DNA of 64,000 bases from Phoronis australis (taxonomy: Eukaryota > Animalia > Phoronida), in the NCBI GenBank assembly GCA_002633005.1, contig NMRA01000212.1, positions 299,312-363,311 on the forward strand, read 5' to 3'. Both the position numbers and the translations under genes were made by a program. A model generated the notes under the pieces. That model was not told where the DNA came from. It worked only from the letters and a program-made list of their open reading frames with translations, and searched no databases. Numbering within the stretch: position 1 is the stretch's first letter; each line of letters starts with the position of its first letter. Shown in pieces: positions 35,835-47,818 of this stretch.

Positions 35835-36196
35835 TAATAATTTCCTTGGATTTGTTTATGTATTATTGGATCTGTAGGACCACACACTTATACCTGAAAT
35901 ATTATAATGCGCTTGTTCGCTTTGTTAGAGTAAGTGTTTTGGTAATGGACCATGTTCACTTACTGGTGAGGTGACTGTCCCTTATGCATGCACGTGTCTT
36001 AACTGAGTGGGTTAATTGTTTTCTGCGTGTCTTTGGTACATTTTTCTTTTTACTTTTCATTTAAGATTCACCTCAGCATTCTAACCTTCTGTAAGCTGAG
36101 TCAAAAGGTTCGCTGACATCCTCCATTAGAAAGTTTTTTAGAATGTTGCCCAAGAGTTTGTTGTAAAGACGCTTGTGCCTAACTCTGTTGCTTTTT

Positions 36197-37460
36197 ATGC
36201 ACCCTCATATTTATATGTGGACGCATTATACTGTCATCTCTGTCCGTCCGTCCGTCCGGGCGGCGTGCATCCGGCGTCCGCTGCTCTATCTCCAAAACCC
36301 TTTGACATACGTTTATGAAATTTGGCACTTTTGTTCCATTTGTGAATGGGACGGCATGAGCGAACATTTGGATGGATCCGACTACCGGTGTGTCCGCTAG
36401 TGACAATTTTAATTTTTTACGCTTACCTTTGTATCTTCAAAAGTCATGAAATTTGGTATGTGGGCACCTATTAGTGAGATGACACTATCTTCCCGTTTTC
36501 GGATGGATTCGACGTAGTTTGCGCTACCTAGTGGCCATTTTTACTGTTTTCGAGTCTGTTTTTTGCGTCCACCCCTCTATCAACCAAACCGCTCAAAGGA
36601 TGATTGTGAAAATTGGCACGTATGTGTTTATTATAAAGAGGAGGGTTGACGATGATTTTCTGACGATTTCAACTACTGTGGCACCTCCTAGTGGCAGTTT
36701 GTTTTTGTTGCGCCTATGGCTGTATCTCCTAAACCGTTCACAGGATCTTTACTTAATTTAGCAAGTGTATTTATATGATGATGACTACAGATGACGATGA
36801 CTTTCAGACAGATCTGACTACTGCTGTGCCTCCTTGTGGCAATTTTAGTTTTTTACATTTAACTCAGTATCTTCAAAGGTCCTCAACAGATTTTCATAAA
36901 ATTTTAAATATAGGCATCTATTGGTGTGATGACGCTATCTTCCCGTTTTTGGATGGAATTTGAGGTATTTTGCACCACCTAGTGGCCATTTTTGCTGTTT
37001 TCAAATCTTGTTTTTGGTATCTACCCCTGTATCAACCAAATCATTTGAAAATTGGCATATATGTTCTCAATGTGAAGACGACCTTTGATGATGGTGACTG
37101 ACTACTGTGGCGCCTCCTAGTGGTAGTTTTGTTTTGCGCCCATAGTTGTATCTCCTAAACCCACTGCAGGATCTTTACTAAATTTAGTAAGTGTATTTAT
37201 ATGAAGATACCAACAAATGACGACTTTCAGGCGGATCCAACGGACACTGTGCCCACTTGTGGCAATTTCAGTTTATTCTGTTTTATTCTCTGAAGTTCCT
37301 TGACAGATTTTTATGAAATATGGCATGTTCCTGTTTTTGGATGGATTGTATGTTTTTGCACCATCTAGTGGCCATTTTTATGATACAAATAAATAACCCT
37401 AAAAGCACACCAGTTGCAATGCATTCGTGGGCGCATTTCAACACTCCGCGTTGCTCTTGT
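36197..37460 (+). mobile_element. Helentron-associated/DINE-like non-autonomous element
   Basis: Starts in a T-run with atgc(a/g)ccc; (GTCC)n microsatellite; ~145-bp internal repeats with aaatttgg; 3' gtgggcgcat sub-TIR, short hairpin and cttgt end. Confidence 0.8.
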
Positions 37461-37540
37461 TTCTTGTAGGTGTAGTTTGCTATTTATGCATGCTTTGGTT
37501 TGTGTTTAGCCTCGCTTTAAGTTGACCCATTTCATTGTAG

Positions 37541-37667
37541 GAACGTTTAGCCAAGTCGCATGGCTCCCAATGTGGGTTCTGTACACCAGGGATTATCATG
37601 TCCATGTACACACTGTTACGCAACAATCCACAGCCCTCTTATGCATCTATGGAATCTGCATTTCAAG
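37541..37667 (+). CDS. XDH: XDH exon 5
   Basis: [32 protein letters not shown]...AFQ. Confidence 0.95.
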
Positions 37668-37860
37668 GTATTTCAGATTTTCATTCTATCTTCGCTTAAT
37701 AACAAACAATGTTATAATGAATGACCATATTTGGCCATTTAAACACACCTGCTTGAAAGAGCAGTTCCTTCACAGTAGCTTATGAGGAAGAAATGCCATT
37801 ACAAACATCTCCTGTTTAGTGAGTATTCCAGACCAGATCGGTTTTTAAATGTAATGTTAA

Positions 37861-40800
37861 AGGAGCATGCCACCCAAAAAACAACCTAATTTGCATTAAT
37901 TTAGATCGAGTAGATCTACTCCATAACGACACGTACGGTTGCGTTACCTGACACCTGACGGCAGACGGAGGTTTTGAAATTATCCAATGACGTCATCGAT
38001 TTCACACGCAGTTTGTTCAGTAGTTCACAACACGGGTTACTGGTGTCAGCTTATCGCTTGAAGTCATCGTTTAACACCAATAAATCATCAAACTTCGATG
38101 TAAAACCCTTAAAAATACACCGGGTTCTTATAAAAACGTAATGTTTTATTTCGCTCTTACGCATTTATTGGTATTTGGACACACCGTAGCCTACAAAGTT
38201 CGGCAGGCCAATAAGGTCCGTAGCAGGAGTTTGAGGTCTGATCGGAGATAATTTCGAAGTATTTTCCGTGAGGTACAGACAGGAGAACCTAGATCTGTGT
38301 TGTTTATACTTGTGATTTTTTGATTTCTAAACACAAAACGCTTGTTATCCTGGCCAGTGGCTCGGAGCCCGATCAGGCCCGTTGCTGCCTGCAGGATTGA
38401 CTCGTTATCCCTGCCAGTGGCTTGAAAACTGACCAGACATCACGAACATAAACCAGCCAAAGTTCAGTGGAAACTAAACTTCCAGTCAAGAAAATACTAT
38501 ACTAGTGAGCCAAAGTAATGTGCACCTGATTATGTTGGTGAATTAGCCACGAAACTGCAAATCTACTTACTCGTCGAGGGCCGCGAATTCAGGTTCCGCT
38601 TTGGCCACAGCACCGTCTGGGCAGAAGTTGTACATTGATAATCATTATTTGAGTAATGTAAAAGGAAATAAAGATTCCACTAACACCTGGCCGTGGGATG
38701 GAAATCGAGTTGTTTCACAACAGTTTCTGCCAGCAAACACTAAATTAGCATGAGCTCACACGGCCTCGGTGTCCCGTCAAGTAGTTTCATTGCACCTAAA
38801 GTCGGTAACGCAGTGATTTATTCATTGCTGGCTTCTCAAATCATTTGCACTCAAGAACACACCAAGGGCATTACAAATTGCATCTAATGAGACGGACTTT
38901 GTTTCAGTTTTCATAATGCTAAAACCTCGTGAGAGATCGTCCCGAGTTGGCAGCTTGAGCAACTCGGGGCAGTCTGGGATCAAGAGAAAAACCACAGGGT
39001 ATATCTGTGGTCGACAGATCTATTCGGTCGATTACATTTTATTGCCCGTGAAGGCTGCCTGAAGAAATATGACTCGCGCGTTTGTATTTTCGCCTTTTTC
39101 AAGGACATGTAAAAGATTCATAAACAAATTCCTGGTAATATTCTGAAAACAAGCGTTTTTCTCCCACGAAAATCGATGAAGGTTTGGCCGAGATATTTCA
39201 CTTTCAGTCCAGGCTAGCCCTGCACGTTCAGAGAATCGTCACACAAGATTACTACGCGGTAATGCGGTTTCACTGTCAACAAAGGAAGACATCAAAATCG
39301 ACTTATAATTATCATTTTTAAACTATTTGCATGTCAAATTATCGAAATGTAAGTAAAATCGTACTCTATATTTTAACAAGAAAACAGCAATTTCATTTTG
39401 GTGAACATGTCTATAAGGACCCAACTCGCATATGGTGGTGAGTAGTGAGTCCGGTACAACACGTGAGGATGGCTGTGTTGTTGTTTTTGCTCTCAACCCA
39501 AAAGTAGCTGTTTCAAAATGGAAGATGGACAGAAAATGCAGGCAGTTGACGAAAACGGCCATTGGAAGGAAGCAATTGTGCGGGGAGTAAATGACAGCGC
39601 TGGAATTCGCGTCAGTTTTCCTTGATGGCCGTCTGAGTTTGACCAGCTCGTCGAGACGTGATTCGATCGTGAGAGGCTGAGCCGATCGACTACGTCGGGC
39701 TCGGGACCTCGACCTGGTGAAGAAAAACGTAAGTATTTTTTGTCATCCCTTATGCTCGCATGATGCTGTTGGCTGTATAGATAAAGTATACCGTGTTTGC
39801 GTGGGATTTTGTGTTCATGAAATTACAGACTATGTACTTGTACCACATTTAAAGTCTGAGAAACATTGTTACTTAGTGAAAGATAAACGTCTGGACGAAT
39901 CTACCATGATGCCTTCAATGTTGTTTTCGTTCTTTGTAAAGTAGATTTACTGTAACAAGTCTGAGGTTGTTGGATTGAATTGGTATTCCGGGATTTTCAA
40001 TGCCAGTGGCAGATCCAGAATTTTTCAAATGGTGTTCGCAAATGAAATAATCTCAAGAATTTGTTTTAAATTATCATTAAAAAGTTTGATAAATAAGAGG
40101 TGGAGACAGCAATCTGCAGCCATGTCTTTGTTACCTTGTTCTCATTTCTTTACACTTGTTTATGTTTCATTTCCTTGTTTTCTGTAGATCCCCCCAACCC
40201 CCTTGCTATAGTGCACTCTCTGTTGACTGAACTTGATGACATAATTGATAAGCCATTGTATTCTGCATACCAGTACTAGCCTAACCCTTAGTCCTACACA
40301 CCTGGCCCTATTGTTCACTCCTGACTTTTGTTTACAAAATAATCCAGTCCAGTCTATGCCCTGATTGTTTAGTTTAATATTTAGCACAGATTCCAGTGAG
40401 TAAAACTGTATTTCACTTGTTGAACCTTTTCTTACTATCCTGCAACTCTTGCTTGACAGTGCACATGTACTTTTATCTCCTCTTTTTCGAACCACTCATT
40501 AAAGCGTTTTATGAGGTTCGGTTTCTTTTCATGAATGTTTTCATCGTTGGTTTCTAATTCGTTCAACTGCTTCCCAAAACATCCATTTCTTCATAATTTT
40601 AAAACTCCTGAGTCCTGAGCATTGAGCAACACTCATCCCTCTCAAAAATGTTGCCCTTCCAAACAGTGATGTGACCTTCTGACTACATGAGTGTAAGTTG
40701 TGGTACACTACTGCACGTGCACAAGGTCACCAGCACCAGAAGTTTTAAAATCACACCACAAAAACTGTTGTTTATATTTCAGAGAGCTCGCCTTGACAAT

Positions 40801-43637
40801 TTCAAGAAGGTATACCGCTTGACAGTTGCATTTATGTACACGTTGAAGCCTGGAGAATACAGACTTGATCAGGGCTTGGGATTTCCGTCTTTTAAGAGGA
40901 ATTCTTTTTTGGTGTCGATTTCCTCTTATTGGATTTCCAGTTTCCTCTTTTTATGATTTTTTCGACCTGATTAAATGTTTAGTGCAGGTAAATTTTACAG
41001 CCAAAAATGTCTATCACGCAAGCCTATTTTTTGTGTATCATTCATCAGCTGGAAATTTCTCCTCTGTTTTTGTTATTGCTCTGCGTGCAGCTTTGTTGAC
41101 CATTGTGGTCAGTGAGAATGTCCTACTGGCATGTGTATGAATGCATAGTTACTGCACCTTATTCATGTACCTGACATCAGTATTGCCTGTGTGGTTTTGG
41201 AAATGTGTAAACTGCTTGTGTTGTTTCAGCTTTGTTGAGCTTGAAATGCTAGTTTTGCTGCTATAAAACTAGGGATGTATTTATTGCAACATGTGTCCGT
41301 TATTGTTGTTACTAGTTTATTGCTTAACCAGTGTATCTATTTTGAATATTCTTAAAGCCTTGGATGACTGATCTTTTCAGTTTAGGATAGTTATTGTTTG
41401 CATCCCATGAAGTGAATTACATACTGTCTTTTTCAGTATTTTTATTCAGTGACTCCTGGTGTGGTTTTGAAAATGGTTGTTCTTTAGGCTGAAATGCAGA
41501 TTTTTTACTAAATTCTGCAATGACCCTGTCATTTCCACATGGTTATCTTGAAAAGCAAATTCTTGTATACATATTATTGTCATCTTGTGAGATGTGCAAT
41601 TTATTGCGGTTTTCAGTGACTGGTTCTACCAGGGATAGCAGTATTGTGCACCTACCGGTACTTTGCTCAAGCCCATGTTTCATATTATTATATTGATAAC
41701 TTTTCCTCGTGAAGGTAGTGATCTCCGCAGTTATATCACTTATGGTGTTTTGTTAAGTAGTAGAACCTTGTACTGCTATGACACAAATTTTGAAGGTTCC
41801 TATGTTGTAGTTAAGTCCCACTTTAAATATTTTGCTCACCATGTGAGTTATTGTTTACATGGAGGGATTCATACTTATGGATGATCTCATCAGGGATTGC
41901 ATGTAACACTATTTGGGTGTGTATATTTGTTACATGTTCATTGTATAAAGTGTATTGTTTATATTGCAGAGTTTATAATTGTTAGTTAAAAAGATTTCGG
42001 TAGGTTATCTCAACAGTGCTTAGTGCATGTTTTGCTCATCCTGTGAAATGTAATATTTATACTGAAGAGTTTATCATCGCTAGTGCCTGTGTCCCTTATT
42101 GCTTTTCCCATAGTATGAACAACTAGTCATGNATTTTAAATCTCCATATCGCTCCGTTATGGCCACTTCGACTTGGATGGATTTTGGCTCTTTCAAACAC
42201 TCCACCATGCTCTATTTTTGAAGTTCGTTAACGAAAACGCGTACCAGGATTTTAAGGTTCGTGCCCTCCCCCTCGAGTTTTAGTTGGCAATTTTGACATG
42301 AAGATGATGGTGATATTTATGCGTTCCTTGACGAGAATTCCAGCAAGTCAATTAAGTTTTGCCTAATTCAGCTTTTCATTCATTTTTATACCGTGTATGG
42401 TCGCTGGCAAAATAAGATACCATCAAGATTTTAGTCTAGATGTTTCCAAACTCGGTTTTGGCCATAACACTAGTTATAGGAATCTGATTATGAGCGCGCA
42501 AGAGAAGACGGAACAAGTTTGCGACGTTTCGTTTACTCAAAGTTAATGAGCCTAAACCTCAGAAAATATTTGTTTTCTCTTTCTCGCTTATAATGATTTT
42601 CAAGGGTTTCCGTTATTCAATTTCGGCAAGGTTGTCGCTTTCTCGCAAAGCTACCAATTGGATGATCAATTACGCACTTATTTGCTCTCCATTTTAACGT
42701 TGATCATCGTCAATACACCTCTAAAAATCGCACATCGTCTGCGCAAACTACATTGAGATTTAAGTCTCCCGAAAAAAATTGACGATCGGATAGTGTTTAA
42801 AAGTCTAATTCTAAATTTCTCCAGTTAGTGCACCAATGAAGTAAACGAAAGTAGTTCTGCTTGTCGCGTCAGCTGTTGGTATCATTATCTCAATTTATGA
42901 CCCACAACGCGTGACTGGACAAAGCCTTTTCAAATTAGTGTAGATAAGCCGGTGGAGCGTGAGACCCCTGAGGTCCCAATCGAGTCCTTACGACAACTCC
43001 GCGTTATGTTACATAAGTATTGTTTAGGGTGAGAATAATTCATTTTGAAACAGAACGCTCAGTAATAAACGTCAACATGGCAACTCGCAATCCCGATTTA
43101 GGACGAGCTAGAGCTCATCAGTCTCGACTTCGCAGGTGGATCATTAAGTTTTACAGGCTATCAATTCGAACAGGAATACAGTGATGAAGAAATACTAGAG
43201 AGGCGCTGTGAACAAGCTCAGACAACGGAACGTATGGAGTTATTTGATAAGCCGGCATTCGTCATGCACTGTCGACGTCTGCAGGCCACAGACATGGAGA
43301 TGTTTCACGGCCTAATACTTGCTATTTACAGCGTACATTTCATTCTTCACTACCATGAGCCACTTCCTAAGCATTTTGGACCTTCGAGGAAGTAAAAAAA
43401 ACGATATACCCGCTTTCCTCGCAGCTGCTTAGTTCGCACAAGCGGGAACGATGCACCGCAACATAGCGGCATTCACTCTGCATATGAACCACTGACGTCG
43501 CTAGCCTCATTTCTCACCTTCCTCACAGGTTAACGCGACACCTCTTGGCAAGGTAAGGTCGACCATATGCGAGGCGATGTGGATATAGACCGATTAAGAC
43601 GGCAAAAAAGACTAATTAAATCGGGTGGCATTCTCCT
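37861..43637. mobile_element. Kolobok-like DNA transposon (~5.8 kb, decayed, spans the N at 42132)
   Basis: TTAA|AGGAGCATGCCACCC ... GGGTGGCATTCTCCT|TTAA (TIR 14/15); no intact transposase ORF. Confidence 0.75.
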
Positions 43638-44111
43638 TTAACCTTCAACAGTCCTTTATCTAGCTGATGCACAAACTAATTATCTACTGAGCTTCAGAGT
43701 TGCTATTGAAGTTATTGCTAAAGCTTGACAATTGTTGTGCTCTACTCAAAACTTGGTGCATGGTAATTCTTCATTGTACTTGTCTAGTAGACAAAGTGCA
43801 GGGTACTATGGTAAGTGTGATTTCATGGATCTGTTGCTACCCTAACTTGCTAATGAGCTGAAACCTGGCTGTATAGCAGCTAATGTGTCGCGCTTTGGAC
43901 TTGTATAGTCTGCCATTTTCAACACACTTCAGTACAGTGTGGGGATAATTTGGGCTATTCCACGGTTATGTTGGTATCTTTAGCACAGTGCTTGGAATAG
44001 TCAAATACTAGAAACAGTTCTTGTTATGTTGGAATTGATAACCGAAGTGATGGAGCAAACAGAGCCACAAGGTGATATGCTAAATTGGTATCTGGTAACT
44101 TTGTCTTTTAG

Positions 44112-44323
44112 GGAATTTGTGTCGGTGTACTGGATACCGGCCCATTCTGGAAGGCTTTAAGACATTCACAACAGAACAGTGTGGCATGGGAGAGAAGTGT
44201 TGTCGCAACCAAGTCAACGGCTGTCTCGGTGATGATGCTAGCATGTCTACGGAATTGGTGCAGACCTCGGACTTTTTGCCTTACGACCCCTCACAAGAAC
44301 CCATTTTCCCACCGGAATTACTG
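44112..44323 (+). CDS. XDH: XDH exon 6
   Basis: [19 protein letters not shown]...[13 protein letters not shown]. Confidence 0.94.
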
Positions 44324-45142
44324 GTTTGTCTTGTGACTGTCTTTCATAGTTGGTTGTGGCAAGTTCTCCCCAAATATCTCTGTAATTAAGCCTTTTTGAG
44401 GTCGTGGAAAGTTGGGAGGTTCTTGAATGCTTTGGACTTATGCATTGCACACTTGTCATATCGTATTCACATTGCTTTGGTTGGTTAGTTCTCTACCACC
44501 CCTTCCCAAAATGTCATTTACGTGATGTGTTGGAACCTCAGGTGTAAATAGTATGGGCGGCCGTTTATGCAAAAAACATTAAAATGTATATTCAATTCCA
44601 TTTAATGAACTCAATGCCAACTGTATGACAATTCAATCCTATCTTGTGTATTCAATGCTATTACATCAATCCAATCCACATTCGTCGATTCTATATCGTG
44701 AACTCAATGCTGTTTTGTATATTCTATCCTGTTTACTGAATTCAATGTTGTTTAGTCGATTCTGTTTCGTCTATCCTATCGTCTCCCACTTCATGAATTC
44801 AATCCAGTCTCGTCGATTCTGNNNNNNNNNNNNNNNNNNNNNNNNNNNNNNNNNNNNNNNNNNNNNNNNNNNNNNNNNNNNNNNNNNNNNNNNNNNNNNN
44901 NNNNNNNNNNNNNNNNNNNNNNNNTATAGTTGCAGTAGCTGATTAATGATTATTTAATTTTGTTTCTGTAGGTGAGTTAAAACTCAAACTTTATCTAATG
45001 CTATGTGAGAAAATGGTAAAATTATTTATGGATCAATGGTCATATAATTATATCTACTGCCATCAAAAATTGAAGTGGCATATTAGTGTGTTACTTAGTT
45101 CACAGCATCAGAAATCATACGTCATGCTAATACGGTTTTCAG

Positions 45143-45310
45143 GTGTTGAAATGAAACTGAAAAAGATGCATTACCCAGTTTTGATCAGCCCAGCTCTTGT
45201 GCCAGAACTGAACTGTGTAGCCCATGACAAAGATGGGATCCGTGTAGGCGCGAACACCTCACTGGCAAAGTTAGAAGATGTCCTCAAGACAGCCAGTATT
45301 AGCTTGGAAG
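45143..45310 (+). CDS. XDH: XDH exon 8 (exon 7 presumed in the gap at 44822-44924)
   Basis: GVEMKLKKMHYPVLISPALVPEL...GIRVGANTSL. Confidence 0.92.
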
Positions 45311-45824
45311 GTAATCTTCTGATTTATTGCTGAAACATCCAGAGAAAAAAACTTCCTCTTTAAAGCCTATATCTTGAGCAATGATTATTAAGGTTTGTTA
45401 TCCGTCTACATTGAAATCTGCAATACTTCTTGAATTGCCCATAAATTACATAGGTCGTTATTATGACACAGAACAGTGTTTTAGCTTGGGTACCAAGCTG
45501 TATGTTTTCTCCTGAATGTTGGATGGCGATGCGTTGAATCCATGCCATTGTGTTATATGGGCGACCACTAAAAAAAAGAGTAGGGGAACACCAAGACAAA
45601 ATTCTGGGAGTAATTTTTTTTAGTGGCTATAGCGGATAACATCTAATATTAAAAAGTGTGACCTTTTCTATGAGATAAATTTCCTGTGGAACATGTTAAC
45701 GGCTGGTAAGTCTTGTATATGGATTGTATGAATGGCCAGGAAAAACTACATACTGCTAGAAATAATTTCCAAGTTAATATAGGCTACGTTGGATTATCGT
45801 GTCTATTTCTTGTCAACATTGTAG

Positions 45825-45901
45825 ACTGGAAGAGCAGAACATTTGCAGCCATAATTGAGATGTTGCACTGGTTTGCTGGTCATCAGATACGCAATGTTGC
45901 T
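45825..45901 (+). CDS. XDH: XDH exon 9
   Basis: DWKSRTFAAIIEMLHWFAGHQIRNVA. Confidence 0.94.
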
Positions 45902-47724
45902 GTAAGCTATTCCTTTTTAATCTCGTTATTTCAGTATCAAGTGTTAATTGTATAACAGTGAGAATACAGTGTAGGCTTATCACAATCTCCCACATCTTGA
46001 TGGGAGGAATTTTCTTTAGTCAATTGTGCAGATGTCTTTGCAGGGTTCTCTCTAAGGAAAATACAAACATGATGTAAATTTGGTAAAAAACGATAGAAGT
46101 TGCTTATTAGAAGACTATAAGTTAGGTTCAACTTCCGGTTCAACAAAGGCGGGAAGATCAGACATGTGAACAAGGGTCTGAGCTGCAGGCTGGAAACATG
46201 CGTACCTAACTTAACGTCTTCTAGTAAGTAACTTCTCTTGGTTTTTTACCATCATTATATAAGACAATGATGACTTATGAACACTTTTAACTGTATGATG
46301 CAAATTGCGCTTCGCATTTTCACATTCTACTCCTATCTTGTGCTAATTCAGAGAGTAAACAGCTATTAACATCTACGGTTTTAAATCGACTTGACATGTT
46401 TTGGTGTCATTTATTCAAACACCATCATCAGATGAGAGAATATAGTGACCACCTAGCTAGGCCCAGCAACAAGTGATGGAATACATACACAGTCAGTTAC
46501 AGGGAGTGACAATAAACTAAACCAACAACGACAACCTGTGGTGTGCCAGTTGCCTATTGAGATTGGGCTTGCACCAACTGATAAGTACAGCCTCACGAAT
46601 TTTAAGCTCCTTTGTTGTTTCTGCTTGGTCTGTTATTGCAAAGCCATTGAAAGAAAATTGCTGATTGGAGCTCTGTAGATGAGTATTTAGTTGTGAACCT
46701 GGTCCTGGTTTTCAAATGGCGAACAGTTTCACCTGTTAACTAGAGCCACATCCAGCACAGATAAATTTGTACACTACCCTGGACCGTAGACCCATAGGAA
46801 TTTCGTCCTTAGGGTTAAATATATTCGACAGTTTTAGAGACTTGAATGTTAATACAACCGTCTTAAGTTAACAGTAATCATTCACCAATTTGTATAGCAG
46901 ACAAAACTCAGACTTTCCAAACATAACTCAAGAATTCAAACATGACAGAGCTGTCAAACATAGCTCAACATTTTCCAAACATGACTCGAAACTTTTCACA
47001 TTTGGTGCTGCACCATGTTTGAAGACCGCTTTGTGCACCGCATGTTCCAACTGTTTTTCACGATTTGAAACCAATCACTTTGATCACGAGGTGCCTTGAT
47101 GAGTAATCAGCCAAGCCTTAATTGCTTAGAAAGTTCTGATAAGGAAAACCCCTGGGCAGTAAAGATATTTTCATGCAGAAATAATAGCACCTTGGTTTTA
47201 AAATTATTGTACTTGAATTTGTACAAATCTCGGAAAGCTAAATGATACATTTTAATCACGTTAAAAATGAAGTAGCCCATATGGCCAGAGGTCCAAAATA
47301 CAAAAACAACGTAGATGGCATCTAAATGTTGGCTTCACTGCAGTTTTTTAAGATCTCCAGGAGATTAAAATGAGTGGAGGCTGAAACAAAGCTTAGTCAC
47401 AAAAAACATTAATTAGTTAAGTATGAATTGAAACACGAGTGGGCTGTTATAAATTGCCAATGTTAGTATGGTATTTGTGAGAAATACTAATCTCTCATAC
47501 ACTGTATGTTGGTCACAGCACGTGAGCTATCGAATTTATGTAGACAATGGTCTAGAGCGTCTGCACAGAGGTCGTTTCAGATGTACTACAGTTCACTTGA
47601 TGTGACCAACATATGCTGTGTAATTCTTTCTCATGTAAATTAAACTCTGTGTCTACATTGATATCCGGAAATATTTAGTAATCCACTTTACATTGTGCAC
47701 TGACTATATTGTTTGTACATTCAG

Positions 47725-47818
47725 GCTGTGGCTGGTAACATCATGACTGCGAGTCCAATATCTGACCTTAATCCTATCTTTATCGCTGCTGGCTGTGTAC
47801 TGACTGTCATTTCAAAAG
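47725..47818 (+). CDS. XDH: XDH exon 10
   Basis: AVAGNIMTASPISDLNPIFIAAGCVLTVISK. Confidence 0.95.

Noticed and set aside
38540-38760. Possible THAP-domain remnant on the minus strand inside the Kolobok-like element (..RNLNSRPSTSK*ICSF)
   Set aside because: Several stops and missing invariant residues; cannot be supported without a profile search.
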